Shown piece by piece: positions 1-6,265 of a DNA stretch of 22,479 nucleotides (positions within the stretch are counted from its first letter, which is position 1; every line of letters starts with the position of its first letter). Below the pieces are notes generated by a model. It ran no database searches and was not told the DNA's origin. It saw only the letters and a list, made by a program, of their open reading frames with translations. A program made the position numbers and the translations under genes. The stretch is from Promethearchaeota archaeon (GTDB lineage Archaea > Asgardarchaeota > Lokiarchaeia > Sigyniarchaeales > SOKP01). The DNA lies in the NCBI GenBank assembly GCA_016840165.1, contig JAEOSU010000016.1:1-22479 (forward strand). The letters run 5' to 3'.

Positions 1-39
1 ACCTTAGAGGATATGGACCTAGCAATGAAATTGATGTAA
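1..39 (+). CDS. 3' end of a gene truncated by the window start; possibly an archaeal histone-fold protein
   Basis: Frame 1 reads TLEDMDLAMKLM-stop (TAA 37-39), resembling the histone-fold alpha3 end (TxEDIxLA); followed by an oligo-T tract. Only 12 codons are visible. Confidence 0.3.
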   Translation, partial: TLEDMDLAMKLM

Positions 40-59
40 AATATTTTAATTTATTTCTA

Positions 60-77
60 TTTTTTTTTCTTTTTCTT
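60..77 (+). terminator. Oligo-T tract, putative archaeal intrinsic terminator
   Basis: T9-C-T5-C-TT run about 20 nt after the stop at 39, between convergent genes. Confidence 0.4.
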
Positions 78-92
78 GATTTTTAATAACTC

Positions 93-932
93 TTAAGAAT
101 TAAGAAAATATTTTTCAAGAAATTCAATCGTCGCTTTAACTTCTTTCTTTGAACATAGTGGACCGTGACCAGGAACATAAACATCAAGATCCTTTTCTAA
201 ATACCCACTCATTACATCCTTAAAGTTTTTTGGTTCTACTGCCCATGGAGTTCCATTAATACCTTTAGCCCATTCTGGATCCAGAGTTGCAAAGAGTAAG
301 TCGCCCATGAAACATATTTTACTTTCAGGAAAGTAGGCAATAGTATCATCATAGGAATGGGCATTTCCAATATTGATTATCTCAACGCTTCTTTCTGAAC
401 CATGAATAGTTATTTTATCGTGAAATATTAGATCTGGTGGGCGTAACTTAAAGTCTGGCCCTTGCATTTCCTTGTATGTTATAAGATCGTTTTCATATTC
501 TTTAATCTTTTTAGGATCAGTAGTCTTTTGGAGTAATTCTTTTGTTGCTTCTATTTGTGTAGGAGCTTGAGTTCTAAATCGATCAAATGCTTCTGCTACC
601 AGCTTATCAAATTGCTTAAAAGTGCCAAGACTACTCATAATTGGCATTTTATTTGAAAACAATCGATTTCCAAAGATGTGATCAAGGTGATAGTGGCTGT
701 TAATTAATAAAAACGGTTCCCGATTTGTGATAGATTTAACTGCTCTAATTAGATCTTTTGTTGCCCAGGGATCCATTAGCGTATCAAAAATAACAGAAAT
801 ATTTCCTAAGTCGAAAAGTCCCGCATTTGAGCTCGCTCCCATCTCCTGATTAAATATTATCGCATAAATTCCTTCTGATAAGAGATTAATATCAAAATAT
901 AAAGAATCAAATTCAATTTGCTTAACTTCCAT
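93..932 (-). CDS. MBL-fold metallo-hydrolase (cyclase/glyoxalase II-like)
   Basis: SHYHLDH (HxHxDH), NAHS, GDLL and PGHG metal-binding motifs in canonical order. Confidence 0.9.
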   Translation of the reverse strand: MEVKQIEFDSLYFDINLLSEGIYAIIFNQEMGASSNAGLFDLGNISVIFDTLMDPWATKDLIRAVKSITNREPFLLINSHYHLDHIFGNRLFSNKMPIMSSLGTFKQFDKLVAEAFDRFRTQAPTQIEATKELLQKTTDPKKIKEYENDLITYKEMQGPDFKLRPPDLIFHDKITIHGSERSVEIINIGNAHSYDDTIAYFPESKICFMGDLLFATLDPEWAKGINGTPWAVEPKNFKDVMSGYLEKDLDVYVPGHGPLCSKKEVKATIEFLEKYFLNS

Positions 933-1099
933 AATAAATACTTCCTAAGCTTTTTTCACTCTTTTGCATAAAATTGAATATAGCTAAGATTAGGCACTTT
1001 TTATAGATTAACTTTTTGAAGTATTGATGAAGTTTGAATTAATAATCAAAATCAAGAATATAGCTAAATATGTAAAAGAATTAAATAGAATAATTAGAA

Positions 1100-2029
1100 T
1101 TATTTTTTTCTCCAAAAAATTTGATTGTTATATTCACTTTTGATGATTTTGTTTTCCGATTCTAAATGTGATAATTTTTTCATAATATCTTTTTTACTCA
1201 AATTTGAACTAGTGAACGCCTTTATTATTTGCTCCTCTCTCATTGGATGTCTTGTGATTATTTTAAGCAATTCTTGCTCAAAATTACCTTGAGAATGTTC
1301 AAATGTTCCCTTTTCAGGAAAATTAATATTAGAGTAATCTTCAAAAATTTCTTTAATTCTCTCATATACTATGTCGTTTGGAATTTCTACCCAATCCTCA
1401 GTGGGAGGTCTTATGGGTACATTGATATCAATTCTGTCTGGTTGGATGAGATCTATCTTTTGTTTAATCTCAAGTAATTTCTCTCGGCTGTCATTTATGC
1501 CCTTCATAAGCATCACTTCTAGCCAAAAATAACCACTATAGGTCTTATTAAAATCGATTAATCCTTGTAGCATGGACTGATATTCAATTTGGGGGTGAGG
1601 CCGATTAATTTTTATGAAATCATTCTCGTTTCCCGCGTCTAAACTAGGCATAACCACATCAGAAATCATTAATGCATTACTTACTTTATTATTATTTAAA
1701 ATACTACCATTGGTTATGACACAGACGCGTTTGTCTGTCAGCTGTCTTGCTTTTTGAATAAGAATACCGATATCCTTATATAGCGTAGGTTCTCCACTTC
1801 CCACAAAAGTTACATAATCGAATTTATTTCGATTCATACTAATCGCGGTTTGCATATCAGTAGTGATATCTTCTATTGGATAAAAGTTAGCTCGCGTATT
1901 TGTAAAATGAGTCGTTTTTCCCAATTGACAATAAATACATTGATAATTACAGGTTTTGGGAGGAAGAGGATCAACACCGATAGATTGTCCTAATCTTCGG
2001 CTAGGAACGGGGCCATAAACATAATTCAT
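1100..2029 (-). CDS. Radical SAM Fe-S oxidoreductase (COG0731-like) with probable C-terminal winged helix
   Basis: YGPVPSRRLGQSIGVD N-terminal signature, CNYQCIYC (CxxxCxxC), GSGEPTL, ITNGS. Confidence 0.9.
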   Translation of the reverse strand: MNYVYGPVPSRRLGQSIGVDPLPPKTCNYQCIYCQLGKTTHFTNTRANFYPIEDITTDMQTAISMNRNKFDYVTFVGSGEPTLYKDIGILIQKARQLTDKRVCVITNGSILNNNKVSNALMISDVVMPSLDAGNENDFIKINRPHPQIEYQSMLQGLIDFNKTYSGYFWLEVMLMKGINDSREKLLEIKQKIDLIQPDRIDINVPIRPPTEDWVEIPNDIVYERIKEIFEDYSNINFPEKGTFEHSQGNFEQELLKIITRHPMREEQIIKAFTSSNLSKKDIMKKLSHLESENKIIKSEYNNQIFWRKK

Positions 2030-2042
2030 GGGATAATTTCGC

Positions 2043-2492
2043 TTAATCTCTTTTTATTTGTTTCTTCTTATATTTAGCTAAAGCTCGTTTTAATGTTCTA
2101 GCGGATAATTCTGCACAGTGCTTATGATCTTCTGGTAAACCATCTAATGCTTTATCAATATCTTCAGCAGTTAACTTTTCAGCATAATCTAGGGTTTTAC
2201 TAATAATGAGCGTAGTTGTTTTACTTGCTGTTGCAACTGAGGCTCCACATCCGTCAGTAATGAAACTTGCTTTTTTGATTACACCATCTTCGATGTTTAA
2301 GAAATATTGCATGGTATCTCCACATGGTCCTTTATAAGATTCTGTTATACTAATTTCACTTTCGGGGAGTTTACCCCAGTTCTGTGGATTGTGAAATAAT
2401 TTAACGATTGTTTCATTATAATCTAATAATTCTTTTTCTATAAGCTCTTTTTGCAAATTCTCAACGAACTTATCAAAATCATCTTTAGCCAT
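2043..2492 (-). CDS. IscU/NifU-N-like Fe-S cluster scaffold protein
   Basis: Three conserved Cys in GPCGDTM, DGCGAS and HKHCAEL; FHNPQNWG motif; ends 13 bp upstream of the radical SAM start. Confidence 0.9.
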   Translation of the reverse strand: MAKDDFDKFVENLQKELIEKELLDYNETIVKLFHNPQNWGKLPESEISITESYKGPCGDTMQYFLNIEDGVIKKASFITDGCGASVATASKTTTLIISKTLDYAEKLTAEDIDKALDGLPEDHKHCAELSARTLKRALAKYKKKQIKRD

Positions 2493-2650
2493 AATAGTAT
2501 CATTTAAAGAAAGAATTGATTAATTTTAAATTAGAACATCTTTTAAGCATAGTTAATTATTATTGAATAATGATTCAAAATATTTAAATTTTTAAAACAA
2601 TTATAATAAAAGAGAATATTACAATAAATATTAAACTAAGATGAATAAAG

Positions 2651-3049
2651 ATGAAGATAGCAATAAGTACAGATTCAGGGATGGTGTCTGCCCATTTTGG
2701 TCGAGCTCCTGAGTTCACGTTTGTAACTATTGAAGATAATAAAGTTATTAAAAAAGAAGTATTTCCGAATCCTGGTCATACAACCGGAAGCATACCTCAG
2801 TTTGTCAGTCAACATGGAGCCATATGTATGATAGCAGGTGGTATGGGTCGTAGAGCTGAGGCTTTTTTTAATGAATATGGTGTTGATGTAATTATAGGGG
2901 TAAGTGGTAAAATCGATGAAGTTATTAAAAAAATAATTGATGGAACTTTAGAAGGCGGAGAGAGTCTTTGTGCTCCTGGTGGAGGTAAAGGTTATGGAGT
3001 TGATAAAATTCATACAGACGCTGATGAGGGCCACGGTCATCACCATTAA
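2651..3049 (+). CDS. NifB/NifX-family (COG1433) metal-cluster binding protein with His-rich tail
   Basis: MKIAI...VSAHFGRAPEF, GGMGRRA, GVDVIIG; C-terminal HTDADEGHGHHH. Confidence 0.88.
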   Translation: MKIAISTDSGMVSAHFGRAPEFTFVTIEDNKVIKKEVFPNPGHTTGSIPQFVSQHGAICMIAGGMGRRAEAFFNEYGVDVIIGVSGKIDEVIKKIIDGTLEGGESLCAPGGGKGYGVDKIHTDADEGHGHHH

Positions 3050-3159
3050 GAATTTCCTAAATCTCTTTTTTAAATAATCTATATAATATAACTAGCATAT
3101 GAAGGATTTTACAACAGAATCTTTTAGTAAAAATTAGAAAAATAAGAAAAAATTATTAA

Positions 3160-3444
3160 TTAATCATTTGCTCGTGTGAAATACCATTTATATAGTAAAC
3201 ACATCTTTCGGGGAAATAAGCCAACCCGATCACCATCCTTCACTCGTTTTTCAAATCCAGAATACACACCATTTACAAATATATGACTTGTCTCTTCTTT
3301 CTCTATTGAAAAAAGATTAAGGATATCGGAAATGGTATTTATATTCTCGGGTCCAAGATGAATGTTTAATGGGCTATTATCCTTGATAACTTGATCCTTT
3401 ATCTTATATCGTAGTTCTCCAAATATTTTTACCAAGATAGCCAT
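3160..3444 (-). CDS. MoaD/ThiS-like beta-grasp protein lacking the C-terminal GG
   Basis: VKIFGELR...HIFVNG...VKDGDRVGLFP pattern. The ATG at 3444 avoids overlap with the AOR gene (the track start at 3468 overlaps it). Lies directly downstream of AOR. Confidence 0.8.
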   Translation of the reverse strand: MAILVKIFGELRYKIKDQVIKDNSPLNIHLGPENINTISDILNLFSIEKEETSHIFVNGVYSGFEKRVKDGDRVGLFPRKMCLLYKWYFTRAND

Positions 3445-3455
3445 GAGTTCTAACC

Positions 3456-5198
3456 TTAAGCGCCCCAAACCTTATCAAGTTCTTCTTCTGTTACGTCAAA
3501 GACAGTATTATAGGGCGGCAATTGTTCTTTAACCAAGAACTCGGGAAGGCGATCATGCTGAGGAGTAAATCCAACAGCTTTATTAAATTGTCGTTCTATA
3601 TCGATTATGGATTGTCCAAATTTAGGGACATCAGCTACAGTTAAATCTATTCCAAACACTCCATTGAGAGATTCTACAATGCCCTCTAAACCTTCAGCTA
3701 TATCTAAAATTGCAAATGCTGTAAAAAGACAGTAACCTGTTGAATCTAACGCAGCGGTTGCAAGTTGTAGATTCCTTGATAAGTCAGCCTTCTTTGTGTC
3801 TTTCGGATCTGCAGTACCACCTACACCCAATATCTCTGTTGCAATGGCATATCCCGCGGTGTGATCTGCGCCCATAGGAGTTGTGGCATATGTCACCCCT
3901 ATTCCCTTTATAGCTCGTGGATCATAAGCGGGTAACGCTTGCCCTTTAACAACAGCAACTCTAGTAACTCCAAATGCCTGTCCTGTGAAAGCTGCACCAT
4001 TTGCAAGAATTCTACCAGTAGGAGTTTTTTTCCTAATCTCATCCATCATCTTTAATGCTCCCTTGCCATCTCCGAACTCAGATAAACCTCCTTCCATTGC
4101 TACGGCTAAAATATTTCCTGCTTCAATAGTGTCTAGACCTAGATCATTGCATGCGCGATTTAATTCACCAATCGTATCTAAATCATATATACTGCAGTTA
4201 GGACCAAGGGACCACACACTTTCATATTCCAATACACCGACCGGATCTTTACCACCAGGTTTTGTCCATACTTCGGAGCATTGGATAATACATCCTGGAC
4301 TACAGAAATGGGGACGTACTCCCCCTCGCTTCTTAATTTCATCCGCTTTTGCCTCACCTGAAACTTTCTCTGAACGATCATCTTGTCCCGAAGAAAAGTT
4401 TCGTTGGGGTAATCCACCTGCTTCATTTATAATATTTACTAAAACAGCAGTACCATATGAATTTAACGCGCCTCCTGGTTTAGTGACATCATGTGTAGTT
4501 AATGCGTCGCGCAGTTTCTTAATACCTTGTCTAAATAACTCTTCATTAGCAATTTCTACTCCCGGAGCTCCTTCTTCATCCACAATAATATATTTTAAGC
4601 CTCTCGAGGCCATAACCGCTCCAACACCACCTCGACCTGCGTAACGGCTGGGAAGCCCCTCAGGGTCATTAAAGCACACTCCCGATGCAGCTCCTAACAT
4701 CTCAGCAGCAATACCGACACCGCAAATTCCTACTTTTTCACCAAATTCTTTATAAAGTTCCTTGTAAGCCTCATACAATCCCTTATTCGACCATTTCTTT
4801 GCATCCATAAATTTAACTTCATCTTTACTAATCTTTAGTAATTTGTAATCTCCTTTATGTTGCCCTTCAATAATAATCGCGGCTATTCTAAGTCGAGCAA
4901 GTTTTTGAGCAAAATTTGTTCCTGCATTTGCTTCTTTAATTCCACCAGTTAAGGGAGACTTTGTTCCAACAGAAATTCTTCCGGAAGTCGGAGCAGCTGA
5001 TCCCGTAACCATTCCTGGACTTAATACAAGCTTATTATTCGGCCCTAAAGGATGACAATCGGGAGGGACTTCCTTCACAACCACGTTGGAGGTCATAGCT
5101 CGACCGCCTAGTATTTTCCAATCTTCGGGTACATCTTCAAATTTTGTTTCGAGTGTATTCATATTCACTCTTAATATTTTTCTCGGAATTTTGTACAC
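3456..5198 (-). CDS. aor: Tungsten/molybdenum-dependent aldehyde:ferredoxin oxidoreductase
   Basis: KILRVNM, KSPLTGGIKEANAG, GRGGVGAVMASRGLK, CSPGCIIQC, EYES, GLDTIE, YDPR, GADH, DSTGYCLF; GTG start. Confidence 0.93.
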   Translation of the reverse strand: MYKIPRKILRVNMNTLETKFEDVPEDWKILGGRAMTSNVVVKEVPPDCHPLGPNNKLVLSPGMVTGSAAPTSGRISVGTKSPLTGGIKEANAGTNFAQKLARLRIAAIIIEGQHKGDYKLLKISKDEVKFMDAKKWSNKGLYEAYKELYKEFGEKVGICGVGIAAEMLGAASGVCFNDPEGLPSRYAGRGGVGAVMASRGLKYIIVDEEGAPGVEIANEELFRQGIKKLRDALTTHDVTKPGGALNSYGTAVLVNIINEAGGLPQRNFSSGQDDRSEKVSGEAKADEIKKRGGVRPHFCSPGCIIQCSEVWTKPGGKDPVGVLEYESVWSLGPNCSIYDLDTIGELNRACNDLGLDTIEAGNILAVAMEGGLSEFGDGKGALKMMDEIRKKTPTGRILANGAAFTGQAFGVTRVAVVKGQALPAYDPRAIKGIGVTYATTPMGADHTAGYAIATEILGVGGTADPKDTKKADLSRNLQLATAALDSTGYCLFTAFAILDIAEGLEGIVESLNGVFGIDLTVADVPKFGQSIIDIERQFNKAVGFTPQHDRLPEFLVKEQLPPYNTVFDVTEEELDKVWGA

Positions 5199-5251
5199 CT
5201 CACATAATTAAATTTAACGAGTAATATTAGGGTTTAGGAAAATTTAAGTTC

Positions 5252-5277
5252 TCGTTATGTATGAATAGAAACAACGA
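5252..5277. promoter_or_regulatory. ModE-like operator (imperfect palindrome) upstream of aor-moaD
   Basis: TCGTTATGTA-N6-GAAACAACGA compared with the ModE consensus TCGNTATATA-N6-TATATANCGA; adjacent to a TATA-like TTAAAT (minus strand, 5242-5247). Confidence 0.5.
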
Positions 5278-5325
5278 ATTCTAAAGATTTTAACGAACAT
5301 TTCTCCTACTTTTTTAATAATTAAG

Positions 5326-5429
5326 CAGGCCCGAGGGGAATTGTTCTCTCAATAATTATTTATTAAGATTTGAACCCCTGATCTTCGGCTTAGGAGGCCG
5401 CTGCCTTATCCAAACTGGGCCACGGGCCT
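5326..5429 (-). tRNA. tRNA-Arg(CCU) with a 29-nt intron (5341-5369) at non-canonical position 58/59
   Basis: Acceptor stem AGGCCCG/CGGGCCT plus G73; D arm with G18G19A20; anticodon loop CTCCTAA; T stem AGGGG/CCCCT. The intron forms a BHB (GTTC/GAAC helix, AAA and AAT bulges). No CCA is encoded. Confidence 0.95.
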
Positions 5430-5509
5430 TAAACAAGTATAAAACACAAATATTAAAAATATCCATTCCATAAAAGTTTAGATATAAATTTCGATAAAAT
5501 CTATATTTA

Positions 5510-5662
5510 TCACAATTTTAGCATATTTCGGTAATAATGAACTCCGCAGATCTTGCAAAAATAATTCCCATTAATAATTAATGCATCTTTTTTAGGAATT
5601 TCTTTCTGGCAGTTTTTAACGCAACATTTCACCATTATTTTCGATTGACTATTTTCCATCAT
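5510..5662 (-). CDS. Small 50-aa Cys4 zinc-finger protein (treble-clef/TRASH/LIM-like), not in the ORF track
   Basis: MMENSQSKIMVKCCVKNCQKEIPKKDALIINGNYFCKICGVHYYRNMLKL-TGA; fills otherwise empty intergenic space; C-x4-C...FCxxC spacing. Confidence 0.75.
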   Translation of the reverse strand: MMENSQSKIMVKCCVKNCQKEIPKKDALIINGNYFCKICGVHYYRNMLKL

Positions 5663-5797
5663 TTAAAGTAAAATTTGTGTTATTTATAAACATTCAAGAA
5701 TATATAATCAAAAGGTTTTAATTCTGACATTTAATCTTTAATATTAATATTTAATATTTTTTGAAGACTTTTTTATTATTAGAAGGAAAGAAATAAT

Positions 5798-6070
5798 ATG
5801 GCACAAAATAGACCAAATCGACCTATCGATTACTTAAAAAATTCGATGAATAAGGTTATATTAATAAAAGTGAAGCGAAATCGGCTCTTTAGAGGAAATT
5901 TAGGAGGGTTTGATGACCACTTGAATCTTTATCTTGAAGGAACAAGTCAAATTTTTGAATATCAAGATGAGGATGGTGACATCAGAGAGGAGCATGAGGA
6001 CTTAGGTAACATAGTTGTTCGTGGCGATAATGTAATATTCGTGAACTTAGCGAATCAAGATAACGAATAG
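5798..6070 (+). CDS. Sm-like archaeal protein (Lsm/SmAP1-type)
   Basis: Sm1 motif FRGNLGGFDDHLNLYL; Sm2 motif LGNIVVRGDNVIFV; N-terminal RPIDYL helix. Confidence 0.95.
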   Translation: MAQNRPNRPIDYLKNSMNKVILIKVKRNRLFRGNLGGFDDHLNLYLEGTSQIFEYQDEDGDIREEHEDLGNIVVRGDNVIFVNLANQDNE

Positions 6071-6071
6071 T

Positions 6072-6126
6072 GCGAGAAGCTACGTTCTTTAACTCTTTTA
6101 AATGAAAGGACTAATCCGTCCCTCGC
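6072..6126. ncRNA. Putative structured RNA element or 3'UTR downstream of Lsm
   Basis: GCGAG(6072-76)/CTCGC(6122-26) closing stem, GGAC-TAATCC-GTCC hairpin, TTTAA-CTCTT-TTAAA hairpin; GC-rich relative to neighbouring intergenic DNA. Confidence 0.3.
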
Positions 6127-6265
6127 TTTCAAAACCAGATTATTAATGATTAGTGGTACTATAATAGCAATATAAAAACTTTATAAAGCTTACTAATTTT
6201 GTAATTAAAGGGCTTAACGATATGAAAAGTAAATTAATAACTTTAATTGGGATGATTCCGAATAT

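Noticed and set aside
1229-1477. 82-aa antisense ORF
   Set aside because: Lies entirely within the radical SAM gene; no coding signature
2651-3049. Nitrogen fixation inferred from NifX/NifU-like genes
   Set aside because: No nifHDK/ENB in the window; these families are widespread in non-diazotrophic anaerobes
3985-4644. 219-aa plus-strand ORF (and the nested 4178-4426 ORF)
   Set aside because: Antisense or alternate-frame shadows of the well-supported aor gene; S/P-rich with no motifs
6072-6126. SECIS element or hammerhead ribozyme interpretation of the post-Lsm structure
   Set aside because: AUGA is present but there is no opposing GA quartet, and no in-frame UGA selenoprotein nearby; the hammerhead CUGANGA core is absent
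6102-6146. Possible rpl37e remnant (MKGLIRPSLSKPDY) after Lsm
   Set aside because: Only 14 codons, no Cys zinc ribbon or basic L37e body in any frame
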